From: the human T2T-CHM13v2.0 reference genome, Homo sapiens
Strand: one strand, 5' to 3'
Length of the DNA stretch: 64,000 bases
Assembly: GCF_009914755.1 (NCBI RefSeq)
Contig: NC_060932.1
Positions 42,911-58,304 of the stretch are shown in pieces. Position 1 is the stretch's first letter. Every line of letters starts with the position of its first letter. The notes below the pieces were generated by a model that saw only the letters and a program-made list of their open reading frames with translations, was not told the origin of the DNA and made no database searches. The translations under genes were made by a program, and so were the position numbers.

Positions 42911-43398
42911 GGGGTCATATTTCATAAATATCCTTTAGGTCAGTTAATTGTGTTACTGAAGTCTCTGAATTTACTGATCGTTTTGTTCTACTGATTCTTG
43001 TTCTATGGGTTCCTGAGACAGTGTATTACGGTGTAGTTATGATGGCAGACTTGTTCTCTCTCCTTTCAATTCTATCATTTTAAAAAAACACATTTGAAGT
43101 TATGCAATCAGATTCATACAAATTTATTATTATTGACATATGTCTATCCTGCTGAATTTACCCTTTTACTATTATAAAATATTTCTCTAGTCTTTTATAA
43201 TACATTGTTTTTTAAAACCTGCTTTGTCTAACATTGATATACCTATTCCAACACTTTTTGCGGTGGGGATTGTATGCTTAATTTTGTGAGTTCTTTTACT
43301 TTCAATGTATATTTCTCTTTGTATTAAAGTGTGTTTCTTGCAAACAGCATATAGTCAGGCTTTGTTTTCCATGTTGCAGCAGACAGCTGCATTTCAGC

Positions 43399-43499
43399 TT
43401 TTATTTGGAGTGTTTACTCTAAATTTCATTTTTATTTGGAGTGTTTATTTGTATTTCATTTCATTTTTATTTGGAGTGTTTACTCTATTTGTATTTCAT
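43399..43499. repeat. Imperfect triplication (~33 bp) within the L1
   Basis: ttttatttggagtgttta occurs three times. Confidence 0.8.
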
Positions 43500-43584
43500 G
43501 TCACTGATATAGTTAGTTTTAAATCTACCACTATTATTTTCTATGTGTCTCATATGTTCTTTTGTCCTTTATTCCTTATTTTTT

Positions 43585-44903
<1,319 letters not shown>

Positions 44904-46044
44904 TTTTTTTTCCAGTAGTAGTAAAATAAATAATGTTTTCAACCTCTCTAATGCAACACTTGGGGCATAGGAGGTATTCAGTACATAGTCTCCTTAATGT
45001 CTCTTACCCCAATTCTAACAGAATATTTAATCTTTAATAAAGATCACCAATCCTGTTCAAATAGTTTTTTAAAAATTAAAACGAATATGATATTTGATGC
45101 AAGTCTTGGGAAATGAGTAGGATTTCAACAAACGAAAGAGTGTGTACAAACATAAGTGTTTATTAACACCCTAAATGCGACTGATGTCTCTTTTGAGCAC
45201 TCCTTTGAGGATGTTGCCTCAAATATCATTGTATAAATAGTAATTGGGACTAATCGGATGAAACAACCACAATCTAAGCTTCCATTAGACAATGAGGGAG
45301 GCTATTTGGAAGAACAAAAATTACCAAATAGACAGTAATTTACAAAATGGACAGTAATTTGTCAAATGATTTGAAAGTGTTCCCAAAATTTCGAAAATAA
45401 TTAATGCAATTCCAGAAGTTTTCCAACAGATTTTCTTCTCAGTCCACCAGAAAGTACCCTGGTAGGGGCCATAGACAAATGAAAGCTATCTTTCACTCAC
45501 TCATTGCTAAGCAGCTGTTGCATACCAGACCCTATGTTAGGCACTAAAGATACAAAAATAATGGAATGTGGAAAATGAGAAGGACTTTAGTCACAAGGCT
45601 TCCAAAACACATTCCGTATAAAGCTCTTGGTGTTCTTCGGTAGTTCTTTGTGGGATAAGAGGTAGGAGAGCCAGTGAACATCAGGAGCTCCGTGCCCACC
45701 TCAATCAGAACAGCTCTGCTTTTGCTTTTGTAAACTTTGTTTTTGAAGAAATAGTTCTGGATCTGCTGTGTAAGGCTTGATGATTTTTTCAAGTGAACAT
45801 ACTCACGATATGAACACCTGGGTTGAGACATAGGAAATCACCTATGCCTTTAGAATCCCCTTTCATTTCTACTCCTGGTCAATACACCCCGAGATGTAAC
45901 CAGCCTTTTGACTTCTACCACAGTAGACAAGTTTTCATGATTTTGAACTTCCTACCAGTGGACTAATCCAGTATGTATTCATTTATGTTGGCTTCTTTCA
46001 CTCAACATTATGTCTGTGGGGTTCATTCTTGTTTGCGTGTAATT

Positions 46045-46570
46045 GTTCCAGTTATAATAGCCACATAACAAGTCATCCCCAAATGTAGTAGTATAAAACA
46101 ATCATTTATTATACTTGCGGACTGAAGACTTTGGACAGGTCACCGTGTGGAGGGCTTGTCTACAAACCACAATCTGAGGCCTCAGCTAGAAAGTTCAAAG
46201 TCTTCTACATTCACCTGTCTGCTGGTTGAGTCTGGCTGAACGCTGACACCTTAGCCGCAACATGTGGGATCTCTATGTGAGTTGGGCTTCCTTCTGATAC
46301 GGCGCTTGGGTTGCAAAATTGAGCTTATTGAGAGAGTGAGAGAGAAAAGCATGAGTCATATCTCCTTTTCAACTTAGTCTCCTGATTGAAAGTCACACAG
46401 TATCATTTCTATTACATTATACTGGTCAAAGCAACTACAAGGCTTTGCCCAGTTTAATGAGAAGTGAAAAAAAAATCACCTCTCAGTGGAGAAGTGCCAA
46501 CCTCTCATTGTAAGAAAAATGTGTGGGATGGAATATATTTTGGTGTGTCCAATAACGGAAAATGTCACAG
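46045..46570 (-). mobile_element. Old MLT1 (H-J type) LTR
   Basis: cataacaagtcatccccaaatgtagtagtataaaacaatcattt..aagtcacacagtatcatttc. Confidence 0.6.
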
Positions 46571-46603
46571 TAGTATTAGGTCATATTTTTTTCCTATGGA
46601 ATT

Positions 46604-47178
46604 TGTGATGGTTAATACTGAGTGTCAACTTGATTTGATCGAAGGATGTAGGGTGTTTTTTCTGGATGTATCTGGTTATGACTGGGTGTTGCCAGAGGAG
46701 ATTAACTTTTGACTCAGTGGACTGGGAGAGGAGGACCCACCCTCAGGAGGGCCCACTCACAATGTGGGTAGGCACCATCCAATCGGCTGCCAGAGGAACT
46801 AGAAAAAGCAGGCAGGAGAAGGTGGAAGAAGCAGATTTGCTGGGTCATCCAGCCTTCATCTTTCTCCTATGCTGGGTGCTTCCTGCCCTCGAACATCGGA
46901 CTTCAAGTTCTTTGGCTTTTGGACCCTTGGACTTACACCAGTGGTTTGCGAGGGGTTATCAGGCCTTTGGCCACAGACTGAAGGCTGAACTGTTGGCTTC
47001 CCTACTTTTGAGGTTTTGGGACTTAGACTGAGCCACCACTGGCTTCCTGGCTCCTCAACTTGCAGAAGGCCTGTCATGGGACTTCACCTTGATCGTGTGA
47101 ATCAATTATCCTTGATAAACTCCCTTTCATATATACATATATCCTATTAGTTCTGTCCCTCTAGAGAATACTAATACA
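46604..47178 (+). mobile_element. MLT2A2-like HERVL solo LTR
   Basis: tgtgatggttaatactgagtgtcaacttgatt...ttctgtccctctagagaa..ctaataca; 5-bp TSD gaatt/gtatt. Confidence 0.9.
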
Positions 47179-47785
47179 GTATTTCATTAAATGAATATAA
47201 CACAATTTATTTATCATTTCTATTGCTGATGTACATTTGAGTTATTTCTAGTTTGGGATTTTAAACAAATATACAAAAAATATTCTTGAACATGTTGTTT
47301 TATGTCACATGCATTTATTTCTATTGAAATAATGGACATGTTCAGTCATAGAGTATGGGTATTCCACTGTTAGTGGTCAATGCTGAAACATGTTCCATAG
47401 TGTTTAGGCGAATCTACATTTCCAGTGGTAGTATATAAAAAATTTGGTTGATCTGCATTCTTATTTTCACAAGCGAAACAAGAGGCTGGGAAGCAAGCTG
47501 GACCAAGATTGGAGGGAGCTCTGCATCCCTGCCTTGGGGTTCAGACTTTTTCCTCAAAGCCAAGGGTTTTGAGCTGGAGGCCTTCAGGCCAAGCCTGGAA
47601 ATCCACTTTACATAGCAATATATATGCTGTTGTTGATGCTGCTGTTGCTGTTGTCACTTTTAGCTCATTTTGAATGTCTTTGAGTGGGCATAGCTCACAC
47701 TTCAGTGTTCCGAGACAGTTACTACTCTATAATTTCTTACCAGGATCCATCTCAGAATTATGCACTTTGCTCCTGAAACATTTAA

Positions 47786-48092
<307 letters not shown>

Positions 48093-49139
48093 ATAAAATT
48101 ATTTTTAAAAAGAGCAAAAAGATAGCAAATTCAAAGTTCAGAATGAAACTTACTTTTGGGGGAGAGGCAGAGGATAAGTTGAGTGGTTGGTGGTTGCATT
48201 CACATTTTGACAATTTAATGTTCTGGTATTAATTATGCTGGTGGGTTTGTGCTTTCTTTAAGCTCACTTACCACTTACGTATATATGCTACATATATTCT
48301 TTGTAGGGATATTTGCATATGTATATATTCTTTTAGACAGTCATGCCAGAATAAACTGTCATTGTGATTTTATTAAAATCAATGACATAAATCATTACAA
48401 TCAATGATTATAAAATAATTGTAATTTTCTAAAATCAATGAATAATTGTATTCAATCATTGGGTTAGGCAATGGTCTAGGTATATAAACATAAATTATCA
48501 CAGCAGAAAAAATTAAGCTTTACATTTATTTCTTTTGTAAAATTTGTGCAGGTCATAGCAGGTATTATTTATGGGAGGAAATTTGTGAGTACGAGAGACA
48601 TAATAAGATGAAAATGAAAGGAGATATACAAACTTTCTTTTAGGATAGATGGGAATATTCTACATCTTTTTCTAACACAGGCTGGGCTGTTTGTTTAATT
48701 AAATCAAAGGTGTTGGATGCTGGAAACGTGCCCAGATCTGGTTGTAAGCAGCTCAGAAGAGGGTGAAAACCTGGAGGATTGGGAGCAGAGGTGGCTGAGG
48801 GGATTGTATACACCGTCAGGCAATCTTCCTCCTCTGATATTTTCCATAAAGGCCCATTCCCAGATGGAGGCTCTAACTTTGAACACTACATAATGCCATT
48901 TTTCACAGGAAGTTTGATGCCAAAAGTTACTGTGGGCTCATTATAGCCGTGTACCTCAGGAATTTCAATCTGTTTCTGCTTTTACTTAGTAGATGCTTAA
49001 TATTTACTGAACAGAAGCCAGATGTCAAGTTTAAACCTCACAACTGACATTCCTATGAGGTTAGCACTGATGTCCATATGTTATGGATGGGTAAACTGAG
49101 TCTCAGTGATGTTAAGTAGCTTATTGATAGCAAGCTGTA

Positions 49140-50045
49140 GTTCCCAAATTCCATCACAATACTCCACATGCTCTTCTGATTATGTGGCCTGCCAGTCTTT
49201 CATCAAGAGGAGGAGTCTACAACCCCTCACCATGAAATTCTATGCCTTTGTGACTGCCTTGACCAATGCAGTATAGTAGAAGTGACACTCTATGGCTTTT
49301 GGATATGAAAGGAAATAAAGTTTCTTCCTGACTTTCTTAGTCCAGGCTGCTATAACAAAATACCATGGACTGGATTGTATAAACAATAAAAATCTATTTC
49401 TCACTATTCTGGAGATTGGAAGTTCAAAGTCATGGTACCCACGTTGCCAGGTAAGCGTAAGGGCCCTCTTCCAGCTCACAGACAGCTGACCTCTTTTATC
49501 CTCACATGGCAGAAGGAGGGAGCCAACTCTTTGGCCCCTTCTTCCAAATGCACTAATCCTATTATGAGGACTCTCACTCTCATGACCCAATCATCTGCCA
49601 AAGGCCCCACCTCCAAGTCCCATCACATTGGGGATTAAATTTCAACATTCAAAGTTTGTGGGGAACACAAACATTGAGCCCATGACACTGACTCCTCTTT
49701 CTTGAGATACATTCTTGGAACCCAGCCACCAGGCTGTGAGGAAGCCCAGGCCACATGAAGAGGCCATGTATAGGTGTTCATGCTGACAGTTTCAGCTAAG
49801 GTTTTTAACCAACAACCAGCACTAATGTAGACAAGAAGGAGAAAGCTTCTAGAATGACCCCATCTCAGCCACCATCTGATTGCAAAGGAATGAAAGACCT
49901 CCAGAGAGAGCCATTTAACTGAGTCCAGGTGACCCCCAGAACTCTGAGAGGTGATAATTGATAATAAAAATAAAAATAACAAATTATTAAGTTTCTTATG
50001 CCACTAAATTGGGATGGTTTGTTAAGTAGTAATGGATAATTGAAT
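49140..50045 (+). mobile_element. MLT1G/H-type LTR split by an antisense MLT1A
   Basis: catcaagaggaggagtct..tgtgactgccttgaccaat; ggaacccagccaccaggctgtgaggaagccca. Confidence 0.7.
49333..49687 (-). mobile_element. MLT1A0-type LTR
   Basis: cttagtccaggctgctataacaaaatacca...; exact TSD ctgac. Confidence 0.82.
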
Positions 50046-50219
50046 CTCCCAATAAACCTGTAGGCATTAAGCCCTTGGCTGGGAAGCTTATACACACTCA
50101 TATTATAAAAGATGTTGTTAGGATCTCTAGGAAATGGCCACGTTCTTGCTTACAATTCTGTAGATATTCTGAAGACTTTTGTTAATTTGATTTCATCCTC
50201 CTTTTCAGGTCTGAAATCC

Positions 50220-51190
50220 TAGACCTATTGTTCTAGGTACAGCAATAATTTGAACAACTCCATCTCAAGGAGCTCAGAGTTTGATGAAAGGGACAGGCAG
50301 AGACAAATAGTTAGAAAACCAAGCAAAAATGTGTGAAGCAGATGAAGGCAAGAAGTTCCATAGGGACACCAAGGAGGGGCAATGTCTGTGTGAGCCTGGG
50401 TGGTCAAGAAAAAACTTCCTGAAGAAGGAGTGGACTCAGAAAATCCTTGAAGAATTAAATTAGGTTTAATATAAGGGAAATAATTCCCAAGAGGATAGCA
50501 CAAAGCTTGCAAAGGCAGAAAAGCAAGACATAGTTAGTGCATGGAAGAACAAATATCCCAGCATTACCTCCATGGCCTTGAGGCTGGGCCTGGTAGAGGA
50601 TGTTGGCAGGATACTACTTTTTAGGGGGCAGGGCATGCCATCTCCAGGATTTGGAGGATAGAGGGTATGGTGTGTAGCAGAAAGACAGTTTGTTCTGCAT
50701 CTGCTACTGAAAATATAGCTCCCCAAAGCATATCCCCAAATAATTCTGGGTTAGAATCTAGGAATTCTGATTAAAAGGAAAAAAAAAGCCTCACTCAATG
50801 ATTCTGATAATCACCCATATTAGAGGGAAGAGTGTGAGTCAAGAAGATCCACTGGGGATTCCTAGCAGGAGAAAGTTACAGTTGGACTGTGCATCTGAAT
50901 TGATCATTCAGCCAGTAGTTTTGGGCATGGAGTAGGAAGAGGCTGGAGACATGGAGACTGGTTAGAGACTGTGCCATAGACCGTTTGGGTGAGGACTGAC
51001 AAGGGGCATACCAGGGCAGCCACGGTGAGGGTGAGAGGAGATGGAGTCAATTGCAGTCAGGCCATGCAATTGGCAGGGCTGGTGACTAGCATTTGGTAGA
51101 GAGGGGAGAGAACAGTCCAGGATGATGAGTGGCTTTTGACCCAGGTGAGATGGTTCATATTGGGGCTGCCAACTAAGGTGGAGAGAGATA
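50220..51190 (-). mobile_element. L2 fragments with a MER5-like insert (~50700-50830)
   Basis: ctcaaggagctcagagtttg; aacttcctgaagaagg; ggagactggttagagactgtgcc. Confidence 0.55.
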
Positions 51191-51267
51191 GCATTGGTCA
51201 GCAGACAGCCCCAACCTCAGGGGAAACAAGGATTGTTTTCACTACATGAAAAGTAATAATTCCTGTT

Positions 51268-53904
51268 TGTATTAGTCTGTTTTCATTCTGCTGTAAAGAA
51301 CTGCCCACGACTGGGTAATTTATAAAGGAAAGAGTTGTAATTGACTCACAGTCTGCATGGCTGGGGAGGCCTCAGGAAACTTACAGTCATGGCAGAAGGC
51401 AAAGGGGAAATGTGTTAGTCCATTTTCATGCTGCTGATAAAGACATACCTAGGCAATTTACAAAAGAAAGAGGTTTATTGGACACACATGGCTGGGGAGA
51501 CCTCACAATCATGACGGAAGGTGAAAGACTCATCTCACATGGCAGCAGACATGCAAAGAGAGCATGTGCAGGAAAACTCCCCTTTTTAAAATCATCCGAT
51601 CTCATCAGACTTATTCACTATCACGAGACCAGCATGAGAAAGACCTGTCCCCATGATTCAGTTACCTCCCACTGGGTCCCTTCCACAACCTGAGGGAATT
51701 GAAAATGAGATTTGGGTGGGGACACAGCCAAACCATATCATTCTGCCCCTGGCCCCTCCCAAATCTCATGTCCTCACATTTCAAAACAAATAATGCCTTC
51801 CCAATAGTTCCCCAAAGCCTTAACTCATTTCAACATTAACCCAAAAGTCCACAGTTCAAAGTCTTATCTGAGACAAGGCAAGTCCCTTCTGCCTGTGAGC
51901 CTGTAAAATCAAAAGCAAGTTAGTTACTTCCTAGATACAATGGGGATAGAGGCATTGGGCAAATACACTTGTTCCAAATGGGAGAAACTGGCCAAAAAAA
52001 AGGGCTACAGGCCCCATGCAAGTCCAAAATCCAGCAGAGCAGTCAAATCTTAAAACTCCAAAATGATCTCCTTTGACTCCATGTCTCACATCCAGGTCAT
52101 GCTGATGCAAGAGGTGGGTTTCCATGGTCTTGAGCAGCTCTGCCTCTGTGGCTTTGCAGGGTACAGCCTCCCTCCTGGCTGCCTTCATGGACTGGCATTG
52201 AGTGTCTGTGGTTTTTCCATGTGCATGGTGCAAGCTGTCAGTGGATCTACCATTCTGAGGTCTGAAAGATGGTGGCCCTCGTCTCACAGCTCCACTAGGC
52301 AGTGCCCCAGTACAGACTCTGTTTGGGGGGTCTGATCCCACATTTTCCCTCCACACTGCCCTAGCAGAGGTTCTCCCTGAGGATCCCACTCCTGCAGCAA
52401 ACTTCTGCCTGGACATCCAGGTGTTTCCATACATCCTCTGAAATCTAGGTGGAGGTTCCCAAACCTCAGTTCTTGGCTTCTGTGCACTCACAGGCTCAAC
52501 ACCACGTGGAAGCTGCCAAGGATTGGGGCTTGCACCCTGTGAAGCCATGGCCTGAACTCTATGTTGGCCCCTTTTAGCCACAGCTGAAGCATCTGGGATG
52601 CAGGGCACCAAGTCTCTAGGCTGCACACAGCATGGGGACCCTGGGCCGGGCCCATGAAACCACTTTTTCCTCTTAGGCCTCCACGCCAGTGATGGGAGGA
52701 GCACAGTGAAGTCCTCTGACATGCTCTGGAGACATTTTCCCCATTGTCTTGGTGATTAACATTTGGCTCCTCATTACTTATGCAAATTTCTGCAGACAGC
52801 TTGAATTTCTCCTCAAAAAATAGGATTTTCTCTTCTATTGCATTGTCAGGCTGCAAATTTTCTGAACTTTGATGCTCTGCTTCCTTTTAAAACTGAATGC
52901 TTTTAATAGCACCCAAGTCACATCTTGAATGCTTTGCTGCTTAGAATTTCTTCCACCAGATACCCTAAATCATCTCCTTCAAGTTCAAAGTTCCAGAAAT
53001 CTCTAGGGCAATGGCAAAATGTCACCAATCTCTTTGGTAAAACATAACAAAAGTCACCTTTACTCCAGTTCCTGACAAGTTCCTCATCTCCATCTGACAC
53101 CACATCAGCCTGGATTTCATTGTACGTATCATTATCAGCATTTTGGTCAAAGCCATTCAACAAGTCTCTACAGAGTTCCAAACTTTCTCACATCTTTCTC
53201 TCTTCTTCTGAGCCCTCCAAACTGTTCCAACCTCTGCCTGTTACCCAATTCCAAAGTTCCTTCCACATTTTTGGCATCTTTTCAGGAACACCCCACTTCT
53301 GGTACCAATTTACTGTATTAGTTTATTTTCACGCTGCTGGTAAAGACATACCTGAGACTGGGCAATTTACAAAATAAAGAGATTTATTGGACTTACAGTC
53401 CCACGTGGCTGGGGAAGCCTCACAATCATGGCAGAAGGCGAAATGCACATCTCACATGGCAGCAGACAAGCAAAGAGAGCTTGTTCAGAGAAACTCTTCT
53501 TTTTAAAAGTATCAGATCTTGTGAGACTTATTCACTATCACGAGAATAGCATGGGAAAGTCCTGCCCCCAGGATTCAATTACCTCCCACTGGGTTCCTCC
53601 CACAACACGTGGGAATTCAAGATGAGATTTGGGTGGGGACACAGCAAAACTATATCAGGAAGCAAAGCACCTTCTTTACAAGGTAGCAGGAAGAAGAAGT
53701 GCTGAGGGAGGGGGGAAGAGCTCCTTGTAAACCAACAGATCTCATGAGAACTTACTCACTATCTCAAGAACAGCATTGGGAAACCACCCCCATGATTCAA
53801 TTACCTCCACCTAGTCTTTCCCTTGACATGTGGAGATTATGGGGATTATGGGAATTACAATTCAAGATGAGATGCAGGTGGGGACACAAAGCCTAACTGT
53901 GTCA
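51268..53904 (-). mobile_element. THE1D-type solo LTR (51268-51410 + 53658-53904) interrupted by a full-length THE1
   Basis: Halves join as ggcagaaggcaaagggga|agcaaagcaccttc; outer TSD ctgtt/ctatt. Confidence 0.9.
51411..53657 (-). mobile_element. Full-length THE1A/B MaLR provirus: 3' LTR 51411-51740, internal 51741-53313, 5' LTR 53314-53657
   Basis: Two direct LTRs flanking a 1.57-kb internal region; TSD ggaaa/ggaag; frameshifted internal ORF pieces (52918-53181, 52488-52856, 51931-52722). Confidence 0.95.
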
Positions 53905-54039
53905 CTATTATTAAAAATCATAGCAATTAAATTAATGATGAGCCAGGAAAATATTTTCCACACTTTCTGAAACTGACACATAATTTATAGCTGTAATAAA
54001 AAATAGGATTTCTGAAAAAAATATACTAAATGGAGTAGA

Positions 54040-55000
<961 letters not shown>

Positions 55001-55099
55001 GGGGAAAGGAATTCAAACAAAATGAGAGAGAATGGGGTGGGGGTTCCTGACTGTTGATACATCAAGAATTGAGAAAAACAATTAACTCAGCTTTCTTCC

Positions 55100-55590
55100 T
55101 CTGATCTCTTTATACCTTCAAATGAAAATCAGAGATGAGAAAAGATGCTGATGCATTTGAGTTTGAGTGGGATATCCAGCTGTTGAAATACAGGAGGCAC
55201 ATGGGAAGGTGTCCTGGAGATCATGAAGGGGGATAATCTGAAAACAGAGCCCATCACAGTGGGAAGACAAAGCCACCAGGAAGAATGAGATAGTGCAGGA
55301 AGGGTCAGGGTGTGAGTTTGGTGAGTCCGGGAGCTGGGAACACTCATCATCATGGGTTGGAAGCAGAGGGGAGGCTGCAGGGATGAGGAAAAGGGAAAAG
55401 TGTGGCTCAGGGGTGCCAAGGGAAAGAGAGCTTCCAGGAGGGCTGACTGAACAGCATTTTGAAGCAGCTCAGAGGAACTGTAAGATCAGGGCTGAAACCA
55501 GCTTTTGGGTTTGGTCATGATTTTATTGCTCATATCATTAAGTAGTACCTTGGTTTGGGTGGATGGCATTAGGGCTGTGACTGAGGAGCA
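55100..55590 (-). mobile_element. L2 fragment
   Basis: gcatttgagtttgagtgggatatccag..; gtgccaagggaaagagagcttccagg. Confidence 0.5.
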
Positions 55591-56235
55591 GCTAGGAATC
55601 CCTCTCCCCCTCCTGCCACATTGGGAGGTGTGTGAGTCATCTTTCCCATCATTTCTCATCTCTAGACCTCAGTCCTGCAGGGATGAAACTGAGACAATTG
55701 TCACTCCATGCACTGTCCTTTCATGGTTTCAATTAGGTGACATATGTGAAAACCATTTTATAATTTATATTGCTTTGAGCATAGTAACTCCTGCTTACAC
55801 GAGAGATCTGAGTAAGCAGACCAACTTCCAGAAGGACATTCAGAGCCAAGTGAGTTCTGCTTCTCTTTGTTCAAACGAGCAGTAGAGAGCTCAACCATGT
55901 AAAGCTATCTTGAGGAAAGTCAGATGATCTGGGAAACTAATGGCCCAGTAAAGTTGACACACAAAATTAACCACCATGGGTCCACCCCTTGACAACTTGG
56001 CACCCATATGCCTCTCCTTAAACCATGCTTAATCTAAAAATAAACACAATAACAAGGCCATTCCAACTAATGTGATATAACTGTCCTTTGTACAACCAAC
56101 AATGCATTCACACTTTCCCAGAAGAGGAGGTAAAGTTCTTGAGAGGTGTTTACTCTTCTTGCTATCTTGAAACTTAAATACAATGATAGGAAGTTAATAC
56201 ATCTTATGTTACATAATAGGGAGGTGAGAGAGGGA

Positions 56236-56308
56236 ACACATATATATATGTGTATATATACACACACACACACACACACGCACACACATACACACACACA
56301 CACACACA
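56236..56308. repeat. (TA)/(CA) compound microsatellite in the ERVL 3' region
   Basis: Directly visible. Confidence 0.9.
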
Positions 56309-56336
56309 GGTGAAATTTTCATGGCAACTACAGTCC

Positions 56337-57063
56337 TCAGTTCCATAACAGGCCATGCAGCCATAGCAGGTATTTATAATCACCTTCCTCCACTTCCCAT
56401 TCTATATTCCCTTTGCCTTTAGCAAGCACCTCAGCTGGCCATAGCTCTTCACCTGATGGGGTGACCCAAATTTTCATTCCTAAAAGGTCTGGGTTTTCAG
56501 TAGTTTTTCCCAGATTGAATTGTAGTTTGCTATTGGCCTTAAACATAGGGCAGATTAATAGTAAGAGATACCCAAGAGATCTCTTATTACAGACATGCTC
56601 TTCCTTACCTCCACTGAGGAGTCATGGTCCAATATCTGCTGAGTAGTCAGGATGAATCACCCCAGCCAGCTCAGGAACTCCTCCTCTTGCCTGTTTATTC
56701 ACAGGTATAAAGGAGGCCACAGTGACCATGTGGCATCTTAACTTCTGGTTTAGTGGAATCATTGTTGTGTCTCCTGGTGGAAGCATTCCTCCCTCTAGAC
56801 CTCTAGGCCAGCAGAGTATAAGGTCACAGAAACAGGAAGCAAAACTTTTGCTAGTGTGTCACCAGGTGTAATCGTGAGTGGTACCACTCCCATTTCCACC
56901 CCTTGATTTCTAGACCCATGAATTCTGGCTATGGGAGATGTGGTACCATCTGTTGGATGCTGATTCAGAGCATAGACAGCTTCCTAGAGAACTTTGCCCC
57001 AGCCTTGCAAGGTATCACCACCCACATGGTACTACTGTAACTGAGTCTTCAAAAAGCCATTTC
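56337..57063 (-). pseudogene. ERVL pol remnant (integrase C-terminus + dUTPase), with stops and frameshifts
   Basis: Translates to LQGWGKVL*EAVYALNQ..SPIARIHGSRNQGVE..GMLPPGDTTMIPLN..AGVIHPDY..GMKIWVTP..PAEVLAKGKGNIEWEVEEG. Confidence 0.85.
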
Positions 57064-57879
57064 TGTATTTTGAAGTGGCAAAGTCTGCTGTTGTTCACTA
57101 CAGATTTATGTATATATATAAAGGGATTTATTAGGAAGAAACAACTCGCATAATTATGGAGGCTATGAAGTCCCAAGATCTGCAGGGTGTGCTGGCAGCT
57201 GGAGATGCAGGAGAGTGGATGTCATAGTTCCAGTCTGAGTCTGAAGACCTGGGCACCAGGGCAGCCAATGGTGTAGCTCCAGTACAAAGGCCAGCAAGTT
57301 TGAGACCCGGAAAGAGCTGATGTTTCAGTTCTAATCCAAAGGCAGCAAAAAGCTGATGTCCAGGTTCAAAGGCCATCAGGCAGGAAGAATTCTCTCTAAC
57401 TGGGAAGAATTTTCTTTCTGAACTGATTGGATGAAGCCCACCACATTAGAGAGGGCAATCTGCCTTACTCATTCTGCTGATTTAAATGTTAATCTTATCC
57501 AAAAACACCCTCACTGAAACACCCAGGATAATGTTTGCCCAAATATCTGGGCATCCTGTGGCCCAGTAAAGTTGACATAAAAAATTTACCATCGTACCTC
57601 ATATGGCATCTGGCACACAGTGCAGTTAGTTAATGTGAAATGGCATGTGTTAAATAAACGAATTAGTGGCATTTGTATTTCTTCTCTGAAGCTTCTAGCT
57701 CACTTCTGACAGAGTCACGCAAACAAATACAAATGGAAGCATACCACACCTCTTCTCAAACCTGGATGCCTCTCCCCATTCCCTGTGCAACAAAGTTTAC
57801 AATTTTCTACATGGTATAAAAGACCTTCCATCAACCAGCCCCACCATTTAGGCTTTCAGAGAATCCCGTGCTAAGATAC

Positions 57880-58040
57880 CACCTGGTTTACAATGATTCT
57901 ACACATTCCTTCTATTTCCTCATGGATTATAAGGCCCTCGACAATAGGAACTGGGTGTTATGTTCTTAATCTCAGTATCCCATGGAGCAGCAGGTGCAGT
58001 GTAGGCGCTCCCTGGTGCCTGGTGATTTAGCAAATAAGTG
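57880..58040 (+). mobile_element. L2 3' fragment
   Basis: ggattataaggccctcga..ctcagtatccc..cagtgtaggcgctc. Confidence 0.5.
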
Positions 58041-58304
58041 AAGGCTTGCTTCCTTGTCTCATGTTTGGCAAATGCCTGGGTTCTGCTAGCAGGTGTCTGG
58101 AACTCACAGTGTGCAAGTACACAAGGGTGGGCTGTGAGCCTCCAGCAAAAGGGAGGTGTTTCTCTCAAGAAAACTCAAAACCGCTTATGCTTGACCCTAA
58201 TCCAGGCATTTCACGCAGCACGCCTGATTTCCACACTGTTGCTCTATACTAGTACTCCCATGGTAGTTTTGCCCATATGAGCTTGGTCTCTCAGCTTAAC
58301 AATA

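Larger units (their letters stand above)
45770..47470 (-). mobile_element. L1ME 3' fragment hosting MLT1 and MLT2A LTRs
   Basis: ttttgacttctaccacag..ggcttctttcactcaacattatgtctgtg; resumes cacaatttatttatc. Confidence 0.55.
55941..57594 (-). mobile_element. Internally deleted ERVL provirus: MLT2C-like 5' LTR (~57105-57594), integrase/dUTPase remnant, PPT, 3' LTR stub (55941-55978)
   Basis: tggcccagtaaagttgaca..aaaatt.acca occurs at both ends; PPT aaggggtgga on the minus strand; ERVL pol motifs in translation. Confidence 0.88.

Noticed and set aside
51931-52722. 263-aa ORF as a host gene
   Set aside because: It is a fragment of the frameshifted THE1 internal ORF, with no sign of domestication visible from sequence alone.
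55941-55978. Dispersed direct repeat with 57559-57594 as a novel repeat pair
   Set aside because: These are the homologous 5' termini of the two MLT2 LTRs of one ERVL.
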